Shown piece by piece: positions 16,098 to 31,135 of a stretch of DNA of 64,000 nt. The notes under the pieces were generated by a model that did no database searches, was not told the origin of the DNA, and saw only the letters and a program-made list of their open reading frames with translations. The stretch is from the human T2T-CHM13v2.0 reference genome, Homo sapiens, in the NCBI RefSeq assembly GCF_009914755.1, contig NC_060927.1. One strand, given 5' to 3'. The position numbers and the translations under genes are program-made. Every line of letters begins with the position of its first letter. Position 1 is the stretch's first letter.

Positions 16098-16902
16098 TTT
16101 TTTTATTATTTTTATTATACTTTAAGTTTTAGGGTACATGTGCACATTGTGCAGGTTAGTTACATACGTATACATGTGCCATGCTGGTGTGCTGCACCCA
16201 CTAACTCGTCATCTAGCATTAGGTATATCTCCCAATGCTATCCCTCCCTCCTCCCCCCACCCCACAACAGTCCCAAAAGAAGACATTTATGCAGCCAAAA
16301 AACACATGAAAAAATGCTCACCATCACTGGCCATCAGAGAAATGCAAATCAAAACCACAATGAGATACCATCTCACACCAGTTAGAATGGCAATCATCAA
16401 AAAATCAGGAAACAACAGGTGCTGGAGAGGATGTGGAGAAACAGGAACACTTTTACACTGTTGGTGGGACTGTCAACTAGTTCAACCATTGTGGAAGTCA
16501 GTGTGGCAATTCCTCAGGGATCTAGAACTAGAAATACCATTTGACCCAGTCACCCCATTACTGGGTATATACCCAAAGGACTATAAATAATGCTGCTATA
16601 AAGACACATGCACACGTATGTTTATTGCGGCATTATTCACAATAGCAAAGACTTGGAACCAACCCAAATGTCCAACAATGATAGACTGGATTAAGAAAAT
16701 GTGGCACATATACACCATGGAATACTATGCAGCCATAAAAAATGATGAGTTCATGTCCTTTGTAGCGACATGGATGAAATTGGAAATCATCATTCTCAGT
16801 AAACTATCGCAAGAACAAAAAACCAAACACCGCATATTCTCACTCATAGGTGGGAATTGAACAATGAGATCACATGGACACAGGAAGGGGAACATCACAC
16901 TC
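16098..16902 (-). mobile_element. 5'-truncated, 5'-inverted L1PA2 (twin priming) inserted in a MIR
   Basis: Antisense tail and 3'UTR at ~16098-16274, then a + strand ORF2 end/3'UTR at ~16275-16902. TSD TGTGTGACTTTCT at 16085-16097 and 16903-16915. GCTAGATGACGAGTTAGTGGG diagnostic on the minus strand. Confidence 0.95.
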
Positions 16903-17458
16903 TGTGTGACTTTCTAATAATCACCCATAAAATAAATGGCAATCTACCTGACCCCAGAATGCCTACTCCTACCACATTGCCCTGCCTCTGCCTTAAGATT
17001 TGCTACTTGTAGAGGATGAATCAGGTTAAATCAGCCTCAAAAGTGCCTTCCTTATTAGGAAGAGTTAACTGTAGGGTGATGAGAAGGTCTTGGCATGCAC
17101 ACTAGAAGGGATAAAAGTGTTAATTGGAGAGAACCAAAGACATAAATGCAAGTTCCTTTCCATTTTCATTTCATCAGCTATCTCGGTTTACTTCCCACTC
17201 AATTCAAATTTCTTAATCACCCAGTTGTGCATTCCTTTTGTTTTCAGGCTTTGAAATACTATTAGGGATCTGAAAAGCAGGATGAAAATCTTTGTTCCTA
17301 GTAAATATACTTTTGGAAACTACCCAGCTGGGAAATAATCCTGTGAAAGCAGCTATTAGGGCGGCCCACAGAGAATGGGCTGGAGAGGCTGTTTGTTAGT
17401 TCCGAATTCTCTGGGTTTGGCTTTGAAAACAAGAAACAGAGAATGTCTCTCAACTCAT

Positions 17459-17463
17459 ACACA

Positions 17464-17503
<40 letters not shown>
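17459..17503. repeat. (CA)n microsatellite
   Basis: ~22 CA units with one interruption. Confidence 0.95.
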
Positions 17504-17505
<2 letters not shown>

Positions 17506-18116
17506 GAAAATAATATATAAAAGCTGACAGAACACAAATTCCAGACATAGACAAAAAGAAATCAAAGTTTTGGCTTCTTCTCATAAGTGTGTAGCCCTGA
17601 GGAAATCACTCTCACTCCTAGAACATCCATGAGGAGTCTAGAAACAAGAGATTGGAGATGTCACTGCTAGCTCAGAAGGGTAACGCTGCAGGCTCCTCTT
17701 TGGTCAAGTGAGAATGTAATGTCATCCTTGCTAGGTCACAGATTGTTGTGATACTCAAACCAAACAATAAATATTAATGTGCTTGGGATACTATTAAATG
17801 CCACACAAGTATAAAAAGCTGCTTTCTAAGCAATATTGTCTCCAATGTTAAAGAGCACTTGAAGCCAAGCAAGGGGCTTAATCTCTTTAAGATATACAAC
17901 AATTCCCAGTGGCTTTCTAGGATATGATAATTCCCCCATTAGACTAATCCCCACAGGCAGCAACTATGTTTGGCACATTCTAAGTATTCAACACGTAATC
18001 AATATGCCTGGACACATGATTGGAAGTAGAAGCCAAAAGATTTCGCTGTACTGGGTTGGTTATGCAAGGTCATCTTTTAAAAACCAGCCCCTAGAACAGT
18101 GCCTGGCCCAATATAC

Positions 18117-18489
18117 TGTGATGGTCAATTTTATGTTCAACTTGGCTGGGCCACAGTGCCCAGATATTTGAAGAAACATTATTCTGGATGTTTCTGTGAA
18201 GATTTTTTTTTTTGGAAGAGATTAACATTTAAATCAGTGGATATTGAGTAGAGTGGATTACCCTCCATCCTGTGAGTAGACCTCATTCCATCAGTTGAAG
18301 GTCTTAATAGAACAAAATACTAACCTCTTCTCAGCAAGAAGAAATTCTGCCAGCAGACCACCTTTGGACTCAAACTATAACCCTTCCTGGGTCTCCAGCT
18401 TGCCAGCCTATTCTACAAATGTTGGACTTACAAAGCCTTCACAACTGTGTGAGCCAATTCACTAAATTCAACCAAGCTCGCTCGCTCTC

Positions 18490-18522
<33 letters not shown>

Positions 18523-18562
18523 ACCTGATGGTTTGGTTCTCTGGAAAATCCTGATTAATACA
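18117..18562 (+). mobile_element. MLT2 (ERVL) solo LTR, older MLT2B-D type, inserted into an L2 3' end
   Basis: TGTGATGGTCAATTTTATG...CTCTGGAAAATCCTGATTAATACA termini. The flanks CCTAGAACAGTGCCTGGC and TCAATAAATAT rejoin as an L2 tail. Confidence 0.85.
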
Positions 18563-19549
18563 ACTACAAATGTTCAATAAATATCCAGTCTTTTTTCATC
18601 CCCAAAATAAATTATTTTTAACCATCAAATATTTCACTCTAAAAGAATCTTTCTGTTTTCTAAATTTTAAAAATTACTTCAAAAATAATTGTTTATTCAA
18701 TTCTCAATTCCTTCCCAAGTATTTATTGATTCCTTCCTCATTTAATTATTTATTAGCAGATGGAATAAAAGAGAAACCCTATGTAGAGCAAATAGAGAAC
18801 TACATCCGAATTTAGCAGTGAGTGTCTAAAATACTGAGCACTTACAAATTTGAAAGTTACAAAAAATGAATATAATTTTGTGGAACATTCCTATTATAAT
18901 GAATATTGCTTGTTGAATAGAGCAACCTTAAGAAAACTTTTTGTCTATATAAAAATACTGGATTCAGAATAAGGAATTGAAGTTGAAATCATTTAATCTG
19001 CATCTAACGTAGAAAATGGCACTGAAATTCTGAAAGGAATGTGAAATTGCTGTACCTTCTAAGTACCTATGAATAAAATAGGTGAGGAAAAGGAGAAAAT
19101 TCAATTTAACACTGAGAGTAATTTTCACCTTTCTTTGAAAAACATACCTAAAATGCCATGTGTTGTCATGGAAACAGTAAAATAAGAAGTCTGTGAATGC
19201 TTAAAGTTAGGTGCAAGATTGACAAATACAGACTGTTTTTATTGCCTCTTACAGGGTAGAAAAAGACTGATGGTGATTTGGTACATAACCATCCTGTGTT
19301 TATTCTAAATCTTCCTATAGTTTGTAGTTTTTCTTGAGTGTGACCTCCCAAAATAATTACCCTTTTTTTCCTTCCTAGAGCTTACAGGAGGCACCTTGTC
19401 TAGACCTCATTTATAATGACAATGAGTTAAATTAAAATTATGGATTATAAGGCTTAAAAGTGTTTAAAAGAACTGAATACAGAACAAGGTCCTGCTCAAA
19501 TCCATGTGCTCAGGCTCACAACACAGAATACTTGACGCAATAATTGTAA

Positions 19550-19780
19550 TGTAAAGACCATGAGGTTTAGGATAAGATGCACCCCTAAGTTTGAGTCCTG
19601 GTTCCTCTATGTAGTTACTGTGTGACCTTGACCAGCATATTTACATCCTCTCTAATATATATTTTTAATCTAATCTATGAAGTGAAACTAGCTGAATCAC
19701 ATTTGGGGGATTGTTTAAGATTATTGAGTGAATATTAAATAGTATATACCCCAAAGCACAAATGTTATTGTTATGCCTTT
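19550..19780 (+). mobile_element. MIR
   Basis: TTTGAGTCCTGGTTCCTC...TACTGTGTGACCTTGA... Confidence 0.6.
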
Positions 19781-21070
19781 TTTTCCATTACTCTCATTAG
19801 TGGTTAGGGCCAGACCCTGGATAACTGAAAATGTCTTATAATCCTCAAATCCTTTCTATTGCTTTTGAGCCCTGTGGTTGTATGTATTCTTGCCATTCAA
19901 TTACTGATCATTAACAATGATTCCCATCAGAAGCCCAATAAAATGTCAAATATTAGAAGCCTAGTGTTCTTTACCTGACCTTCAAGGATCTCCATAACCT
20001 ACCTAGATGCCAATTCCCCATATTGAATTGCATGCTACCATTCAAACTAGAGCCACTGAAAATTAAAGCTGTAAGAGACTTGACTACCTTTATATCATAG
20101 ATGGGAATGTAGACTCAAGAACCAGAGTGTTTGTTTGAAGATCCCACTGCTAGCGAAGTCAGAGACCAATTTCCCAACTTCTAATGAAAGGCTCTAGGCC
20201 TCACATTTCACAAATTCTGGCCCAAGAAGAGCAACAATGTACTGCCTCTTCCATATAATATGTTAATTTCCATTGCTCTATCTCTGTCTTGCAGAGAGTA
20301 GTGTTCCTTCAAACGTGGATACCAACGTGAGTACATGAAATTATCCCAAGGATTATAGGAGCAAGGGCAATTTAAAATAATCAATTTCTAGCTCCTCAAC
20401 ATCCATATCTTCTTTTTCCTAAGACTTCTGCCTGAGTACCTATCTTTATTCCACTTTACAAAAGAAACATGCATCCTTCATTTATATTATTAATTTCTAT
20501 GGTGCATTATCCCAGGGTTCTGTTGTTTAAGCTACCTAGTCTATGGCATTTTTTGTTATAGCAGCAGAAAAAAACACAGACTGTTTTTTAATTGCAATTA
20601 TAGTATCCAGTATCCATTCCCAGAATTGGTCTCTGACTTCTGGTTCTGGCCACTATGAAATAGTAAGGTGCAGATTTGTCTTCTTGCCTGAAGGAACAAA
20701 AAAAAATGACAAAATATATAAAACTACAGTTTTTAAGACATTAGACATCAAGCAAGGAATGACAGTAACTTGTAAGAAATGGAAAGCAATTGAGATGACC
20801 CTATAATTGCCCACTTTACTATTTTCAGAGGATTTTTAGGCCATAGAGATGAGTGGGGAATCAAGCCTGGGCCAGGTGGACTCCTGGAGCTGACAGTCTG
20901 CGTTAACAAGGCAGCTACAGCTCACAAGACAGAGCACTGACGAGGAGAGAGCCACACAATAGAAAAGGAACTCCAAAGATCTGCAGTGGGAATGAAAAGA
21001 TGAGCCAAAGATTGAAAGAAAGAATGGCAACTCACATATCTCATAAAATATTTTTATCCAACATATATGA

Positions 21071-22467
<1,397 letters not shown>

Positions 22468-22582
22468 AAGAACTCTCAAAACTTAAGAGGAATACAAAAA
22501 AATAATTAAAACTAAAATTAAACACCAGTTAAAAATGGCCAAAGTGTTTAAATGGAAACTTCACCATAGAAGGTACACAAGT

Positions 22583-22901
<319 letters not shown>

Positions 22902-25696
22902 AGAAGATGCACAGGTTTCAGATAAGCACTTGAAAAGATAGTCAATATCCATCATTAGAGAAATGAAAATTAAAACTACAAAACTAAAAATACTAAAAAT
23001 ACAGTAACAAAATACTAGACACCAATTAGAATGGCTAAAATTTAAAAGATCATATCAAGTGTTCGTGAGGAGATGGAGGAACTAAAACTCTTATATAACT
23101 ACTTTGGAAAGCAGTTTGGGAGTTTCTTAAAAAATTAAGCCTATATATTTGTATGATGTATATACTGTCCTCTCCTGGGTATTTATTGAAGAGAAATGAA
23201 AGCATATTTCCATACAAAGACATGTACACAAATGTTCATAGGAATTGTATTTGTAATAGCCAAAAACTGAAAATAACCCAAATATCCATCAACCAGTGAA
23301 TAGATAAACAAATTGTAATATCATTATACAGTGGTATACTATACATCAATAAAAAATGAACTATTGATACATGCAAAAACGTGTATGAATCTCAAAATAA
23401 TTTTGTTGAGTGAAAAAAGTCAACTCAAAGGGTGAACATATCGTGTTACTTCATTTATATGGAATTCTAGAAAATTCAAACTAATCTGTAATGGCAGAAA
23501 ATAGATCAGTGTTTGCCTGGGGACAGAGTTGGGGTGGCAGTGAGGGTCAGGAGAAAGAGGTTACAAAGGGGCATGAAGACACTTTTGGGGAGTGATGATT
23601 TCACAGATGTATACATATTTCAAAACTTATCAAATTCTACACCTTAAGTATATGCAGGTTATTGTGTGTCAATTACTCCTCAATAAAGCTGTATTTTTTA
23701 AAAGGGAATAGGATGGAAGCCATACTAAACATCTACACTCAACAGTCATTAATCTTTTCTGGGCAAAGGATAAGACTTTCCTCTAGCCCTTTCCCCACTC
23801 TAAGAGCCTTCTCCTCTTTCATCTTGGGTTCACATTTTTCAGCTCTCTCAGATCACACCTTCTCCAATTATTTTCAGCCTACCAGCAAACACTTCTATAA
23901 CACACACTCCAGGCTTAACTTCTTCCTCTACATCTTGTTGCATAGGTTCCCAACACATAACATGTATTTCTTTTCATTCCTTGTAGCTCTCCAACCCTGG
24001 AATCCTGCTTGCATCTGCATTTGGGCTGGAGCCAGAACTTGAACTGGAGGAGTGGCTGGGAAAGAAAAATCAAATGTGTTTGAGGGGAATCATTGGAAAA
24101 ATGATTCAATCATTTTGGTCCTTGGGGAGAATGTAGAGCTCATTCTTCTCACAGAAAGCCATTTAGACTTTCTTGAAGATCCTTTTCCTTTGAGAGCTAG
24201 TTTATGGTCAACATCTGAAACATGGCTATTCTATCCATATCACCAACAGTACTATTTCTCGAAGCCCCGCCATGTTCTAGCTCAGTCTTCACCAACCCCT
24301 AACAATTCAGAAAAAAAGGAGCCATATGGAAAACCTGTACATTTAATAAGCCTAATGCCCTTCATGACAACATTTAATAGTTATAACCTATGCATAAATG
24401 ATTGGTAACAGGCAAGTAATCCAATGTAAAGCCCTTATAGTTTATTTTCTATGTACAGATGGCAAACCCTATTAGTGTATTACTAAAGGAAACTTAATCA
24501 TTTTTAACAAGTCCTATTGCCATCTTCCATAAATTCTTGTGTTAAAATTACTGTTTTTGGCAACCATGTTATTGGGTCCCTGAACGGATACTAATGTCAA
24601 GAGTCTGGTGCCCAGAGTGAGCAAGCAAATAGGGAAGCATCTCTAAAAAGCAAAAACAAAAACAAAACAACAACAGCAAAAAACAAGTGTGTTTTGTTGA
24701 ACTTCAAGTGACATCACTAAAAACTTGTTCTTTTTTATACTATTTGATTATCTTCCATCATTCAGATCCTAAAGTTGCATTTCATTCCAATAGCATTGCT
24801 TTCCTGAAGCTTCTAGACCAATGATGGCTTCAGCGATACTCTGCATTCTTTTTAAAGTTGGCAGAAAATTCCCTTTATGAAGTTTCCTAATTTATTAACC
24901 ATTTGCCTCTTTTACCTTCCTGTCCTTCCCATGTCTAGGCATGATTCTTCCTCATCATTTGGTGCATGTGCCCTGTATCTCATATCAATCCATGTTTCAA
25001 TCTCACTTTTTAATATCAGAGCTGATATCACAATCAACTTTAAGTTTTTATGTCTAAGTTTGTTAAAATTTGATCCTGAGAGTATTTTCTTCCAAAATAT
25101 TATTGTTCTATTTCTGTTCCTATTTGTTGTTCCATAGGTTTAGGCAATGTGGACACCTTGGAAGAATTACTCTCTGTTGAAGGTGTGCATGCTCCCAATG
25201 GTTAGAACAAAATGTTATCCTTGTAATGTGGTAGTAAAAACCACTGTTTTCACTTTAAAACTTTTTAAATTTTGAAAATATAATAATTATCAGATTGAAT
25301 ATTGTTGGACATTCCTAATTTATTGAAATGTGTTTTTATGTTCTGACTTTCTAAAAATTATTTCTCTAAACTTGACGTCATTGAGCTATTTTGTAAAATC
25401 ACTTTAAACAGTGGCAGCATATTTTACTCCATAATAAAAAGGAAAAGCATCTCCAGGGAAGCATTACTCTTTAGAATTCATGTAATTCAAGGATAATCAA
25501 TATGTCACCAGAAACAAATAACTAAGATCAGACTCGTTTTAGGGGAGGTGATAGATAAATATGAATATAGGGCATCTCAAAGAGGGTACAAGGGTAAGTC
25601 CTAAAAATATAGAAAAGAGAGGATGCATATGCTAAAATTTGTTTTATTGAATTATAATTTGCTTTGTATTGAATTTTCATGAAAATAATATGGCTT

Positions 25697-26170
25697 GATG
25701 CACTTAACGTTTTTCGTACCATAGAACAATTCTTCAGTCTATTTAAGCCTATGAACTCTTTTCTCAGAATAAAGTTTCTAAAGACATAAAATAAAATACA
25801 TACCACTACCAAGAAAATAGTTACATTATAGTTATCAAAGAACTGAAGAAAAAATCTATGATGTAGTAACATAGTTGCCTCTTATTATTGTATTAAATAT
25901 GAAGGCCTGTCATTAAGTTATAATAAATAACATAATTACAAATGGCATTAAGCATAAATAATATTTTGATACCTCTTTAACAACTGTAATAAAATATGAA
26001 AATGTCTGTCATTTGTATTAGTGACAAGGTTATGGGTACTGCTAATACTACTATGATTTGTTACTTACATTCGTAACTGAATGAAGTGGCAAATTTCAAT
26101 TAGATGTTCGTGAGAATAAATATGTATTTTTCCCATCTAAATAACAGATCTCTTGAATTCTCTTTCATGC
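25697..26170. mobile_element. MER119-like hAT-Charlie element
   Basis: CTTAACGTTTTTCGTACCATAGA...AAGCCTATGAAC...TCTCAGAATAA...CATAAAATAAAATACATA...GGTACTGCTAATACTACT. Confidence 0.7.
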
Positions 26171-27379
26171 AAGAAGTTCCTTTGCCTGGGATGGTTTAGC
26201 AGAAACATTTCTATATATTTATAGATTTGAGTTTCATTTATTCAATTGAGCATTATTGAGGACATACTAATCATCTTAAAGTAAGTAGGGGCTCAGAACC
26301 AGAACTGTGAGGTATATATTATGGTACTATCTGAAGGATATTTGTAGCTCAGTAGAGTAAGAAAATCTTATAAATTACTGCAATGAAACATTAGAGATAT
26401 TATAAAGAGAAAAATCTCCGATGTAGAGGAAGCACAAAGAAGAGAAAGTCAAATAAACCAAGTTTCATAAACAAAAAGGGAGTCACCATGCAGATTTATG
26501 AGCGATGGATAGGAAAGAACTCCCCAGGGAGACAGAACTTTATGTCCCGAAATTCTGAAATATAAAACAGTTCTAAAAGTGTTGGTCATTTAATATGGCT
26601 TGCAATTTAATGTAAGAATCTCTTGCCAAAATTACATTTCACTCACAGACTCTGAGATGCTTAAACAAATAGCCTCACTTATTATGGAAACTTTATTCCC
26701 AAATAATTATTTAAGCATCTGTCTATTCCCCTGGAATGTTAACTTATTGCATATTTGATGAATGAATGAATGAGTGAATGAATGAAGTATATTTGAACCC
26801 TACAGTCCTATAGTGGCCCTGGTAATCTTATAAAAACCATCAGGTAGCAGATATTCCATCCAAGAATGGCTGTTAGCCATGAACAAAACTCAGATGATGA
26901 AATGCATAATGCTTTTGTATTCTTGATTCTTTCTGTCTGAATTCATTAAAATCAAAAAGATTTTGTGAGGAGATGGACTGGAGAATAGTTTTATCCCTGT
27001 TGGCTTAGAAAAATATGGCTTACTGAACTGGTTTATGAAATTGAATTTGAAAAAGACAGTAAAAAATACTCTTCTTTCAGCAAAGAAAAAATAATAATAA
27101 TCAAATGGAGATTCTTCAGGCTAAGTCATCTCTATAAAGATTTCTACCCTCACTCTTCAAAATCAGTAAAATAAGGATTATAACCATGATGGTCATTATA
27201 TGTTTACATATTATTTAAAGAATAATAAATGAGGCATAGCAAGATGATGCCTATTTCTGTCACATGTAAATTTAACTTCAAGTCACCATAAAACAAGTCT
27301 CACAGTCATAGATAGCAGAAAGGAGGTGTCTGAAACACAGCATACCCAACTGCATATAGGACTAATCCACAAGCCCTCA

Positions 27380-27715
27380 GTACTCCTGGTTATATTTAAT
27401 TCTGAATATGATGCCATAAATGGGACATTGAGAGAAAAAATGAGAGGTTACCCAAAGGAGATTATCCAGAATAGAAACCAGGTTATATGGAGAACAGCTG
27501 GATAAATTGAGGTATTCAACCAGGAAATGTGACATGGAAGCCACTGGGGGCTCACCTGGTGACCTCAGATAAGCTACAGTTGCTCAGAATTAGGACAATT
27601 GAGTTACAAAGAAGCAGAATTCTGCTTTCTAAAGGGTAGGATGTTTTAATAGTTGGAGCAGACCACCTAGCGAGACTCTGAGGTTTTCCTCAATAGACTG
27701 TTCAGGCATAGGCCC
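27380..27715 (+). mobile_element. L3/CR1 fragment
   Basis: CAGAATTAGGACAAT..GAGTTACAAAGAAGCAGAATT...AGACTGTTCAGGCATAGGC resembles the CR1/L3 3' region. Confidence 0.55.
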
Positions 27716-28027
27716 TAGTGTAATTATTTGCTTCTTAAATAATTAACCACCCACTCACTATATGCCTCTTGGTAGTGGGCATGGAGCAGTAAACAATATA
27801 TCAGAAGCATGGTGGGGGTGGATGCCCTTACTGGCAAATAAAGGCCCTGTAACTTAAGTGGGCACTTAAGTGAGAAGCCATTAAGGAGAGTGTGAGGACC
27901 TGGATTCTTCTCTGAATTGCTTAGCTCAGAATCAGCCACAGGATTTCAAAATGCACAGTAGATTACCTCTAGAGAAGAGAGCATACTCTTTAATGTGAGG
28001 TGTAGTGTGGCTTGAAGTAAACCACTA

Positions 28028-29050
28028 TAGGACTTCTGTATTCAGCTCTGTCATGTAAAGAGTGTAGGAGTCATCACTCATATCCTTATAATAGCAATAT
28101 TTTAAAAACTGAACAAACTGAAAAGCAATGACTTTTCTTGACCCATTGGAGAACTGAGGTTGTAGGGTAAATTGCCACCCTGAAGTCAGGAGAGACAGAT
28201 GAATCCAGAGAATCATAGCTGAAATCTTCTTACCTGGACAAGAATTTGCTAGAGCTATAAACTAGTAGAAACGCTGAAATGGTAATTGTGATGAATTCCT
28301 GGAGGCTGAATATAGACCAGGGTGTGTGAGTAAGTTCTGGTGACAGCAGTTGTAGAGGAACCCCCACATTTGCATGGGCTTTACCTCCAGGAAGCTTTCC
28401 AGATTCTCAAGGTGAAGATCTGAGAAAGATACCTTCATGGCTCTTGCAGAGAAAGTGAAAGAGCAAACCTTAGGAGAAGACAAGGATGTTTTCTTTCACC
28501 ATTTCTATTGAATGTAATACTAGTTTTCTTAGCTAGCACAGTAAGACAAGAAAAAGAAGTCAGGCATTCAGATTGAAAAGGAACAAATAAAGCTGTCTAT
28601 TCAAAAATAACATAATTATCTATGTATAAAATCCCAGAAACATCAACAAAAATTTCTTAGAATTAATAAATGAGCATAGCAAAAGCATATAATACAAAAA
28701 TAATGTACAAAAACCAATTGCTTTCTTATATAACAGCAAAGAACAATTGGAATTTGGCATCAAAAAAACCAATACCACTTAACAATAGAACCAAAAAATT
28801 GAAAACCTGGGCATAATTCTAACAAAATATGTACAGGATGTATATTCGGAAAACTAAAGAAATATAAAAAGAGCTAAATAAACTGACAGGTGCTCTGTGT
28901 TCATGGACTGTAGCATACTATTGCTAGATAGTAATAATAGGGGAAACCGTGTGTGAGGCATATGGGGAGTCTCTGTCCTATGTTTCTAATATTTCTGTGA
29001 ATTTAAAACCCTTATAAAAATTTTTCAAAAATATTTTAAAAATTTAAAAC
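28028..29050 (+). mobile_element. Old L1M, collinear 5'UTR + mid-ORF2 + 3' end fragments
   Basis: 5'-end-like 28028-28470, ORF2-like 28470-28910 (GGAGAAGACAAGGATG...GTGTTCATGGA), 3'UTR-like 28910-29050. Confidence 0.6.
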
Positions 29051-29399
29051 ACCCTCCCACCCATTGGCATGCATTCATGGAACCCAGTGTCACTTCAGTG
29101 TTCACCTCTTGGGTGAGTCACAGGAATGAAGAGTATAGCATGATACTTATCATATGTCCCTTCTGCTTTTCAGGGCTGAAAAGTCTGCACAAGAATAAAA
29201 CACAAAGATAATGAACATTCATTGTGTTGACCAAAAAAAACCCTAAAATCACCTCATAAATTTTCATGATTATCATATATAACCAAATAATGTCTAAACA
29301 AGAGCTCATAATTCAACAAACTCATGAGTTCACCGTAAACTGAGAAACTCCCAAGGCAACCTTTAACACTTCCTTGTCTGTGTGAACTACTTCCCTCTA

Positions 29400-29690
29400 C
29401 TCTACAACATGGCATGGATATGGCAATGGGATAGCTGATGTTGCTGCATTTACCAGTGACTCTGGATCTAACCAGCAATGCAGCTTGACCCGCTCAAACA
29501 CTATCATGACTTTCTCTTTTCCTCCCCTTTTTTTATGCTTTTTATTTCCTCTCTTCATTCAATTTTCTCTCTTTTTTGTCTTTCTCTGTGTGCTCACTTC
29601 TTTTTCATCTACTAGAAGTGGCTTCCTCCATGCAGAAGGAAGCATAACTGTAGGCAGCAATGGGGCTAAGAAGAAAGCCCTATAACCTAC
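29400..29690 (-). mobile_element. Ancient ERVL/MaLR LTR fragment (LTR33-like)
   Basis: TCTCTGTGTGCTCACTTC...GGCTTCCTCCATGCAG...GGCAGCAATGGGGCT motif. Confidence 0.4.
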
Positions 29691-30239
29691 ACACATACAT
29701 GCAGGGTAATTTTGCAATTACAGACCACAATCTATTCCCTAAACCATTTGGACTCATCTCAAGGGATCTTCCCGAGGCCCCACTGTTGTCAGAGGAGATT
29801 GATTGCAATACTGCTGATTATGCTTTATATGGTTTCAAAAAATTAAATGTTTATGGTTCTGAAAAAGCTAATGACGTTCACCTCAACTACTATATATATA
29901 TGGGTTTCAACTCACATGCAAACCCTGACCAATGTGTGACAAAGCTTCAAAGACAAATTCTGAGTTCAGTGTGTGACTGGTTGTCAACATCTCCTGCAGG
30001 CTTGGAAGAGAATGCAGCAATAGAAGAGCTATTCCTGTTTAGCATGATGCTTTATCAGAAATTAGAATGCCTTGCCATTGAAGTATTAGTCTTACCTTAA
30101 TAGTACAAAATTAATAATCAATATCAAGAGGAAAACCTTTTTAAATACTGTTAAAATATAAACTCTAGTGGTGTTATTTTAATTAACATCAAATGAAAGT
30201 CTCCAGAATGAACGAGGAGATTTCTGAGGAAAATACATT

Positions 30240-30825
30240 CTATTTGCTTTGTATTGTGCACAAGAAATTGCAGTAATTTAGCAGCTTAAACACCGCTTAT
30301 TTATTAGTTCACAGTTATGTAAGTTAAAAGGCTGAGATAGTGTGGCTGACTTCTCTGCTCAGTATATCACAAGGTTAAAATTAAGGTATTAGCTAGGGCT
30401 TCGTTTCTCATGTGGGGCTAAGAGCTCTCTTCTGAGTTTAGTGGTTGTTGAATTTAATTATATGTGGTTGTTGGACTAAGGTCCCCAATTCCTTGCTGTC
30501 AGAGAAGCCTCGTGGAGCTCCCTAAAGCCTCCCACATGCCTTCTCATGTGACCTCCTCCACCTTTAAATCAGCAATGGCTCATCAAGTCCTTCTCATGCT
30601 GCAAATCTGTCTGGTTTCTTCTTTTGCTACTAGCTGGAGAAAACTCCCTGATTTTAAAGGCTCATGTCATTAGATTCGACCCACCTGCCTAATCTCCCCA
30701 TGTTATCATAACAGTGCCATATAACCATATGTCATCATGAGAGTAATATCTCATCATATTTATAGGTTCCAGGGGTGAAGGCAGGACATCTTTCAGGGGC
30801 CATTTAAGAAATTCTGCCTACCACA
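30240..30825 (-). mobile_element. MLT1E-type MaLR solo LTR
   Basis: TTAGCAGCTTAAACACC...TTTATTAGTTCACAGTT...TTTAAAGGCTCATGT...AGAAATTCTGCCTACCACA terminus. Confidence 0.85.
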
Positions 30826-30914
30826 CAAAACAGATGCACACACCACACAAACACATGAAATAAATCCTTTTTTGAATACAGAATAGTTCTTTTAAATAAT
30901 AAAATAACTTTAGC

Positions 30915-31135
30915 TAATATTTATTTGCCTGTTGTTGTGTATAGATGAGATTTCTCCAAGTGCCTTAAATATACCAGCTCATTTATCTCCATGAGGCAGA
31001 TACTGTTACGAACCCATTTTACAGATGAACAAACAGGCAGGAAGATGTTCAATAACTTGCCCAGAGGATTAGTTAAAAAGAGAGACAGAATTAAACCCAG
31101 AAACCCAGGTGATCTGCCTTCAAAGACAACATTCT
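30915..31135 (-). mobile_element. MIR
   Basis: CCCATTTTACAGATGAACAAACAGGC...TAACTTGCCCAG core. Confidence 0.75.

Noticed and set aside
24552-24690. Minus-strand exon next to an (AAAAC)n tract
   Set aside because: The pyrimidine tract is a simple repeat, the donor is weak and no peptide is recognised.
29660-30100. 146-aa ATG-initiated ORF
   Set aside because: Starts in a probable ancient LTR fragment, shows no homology I recognise and has no promoter/CpG context. The length is compatible with chance.
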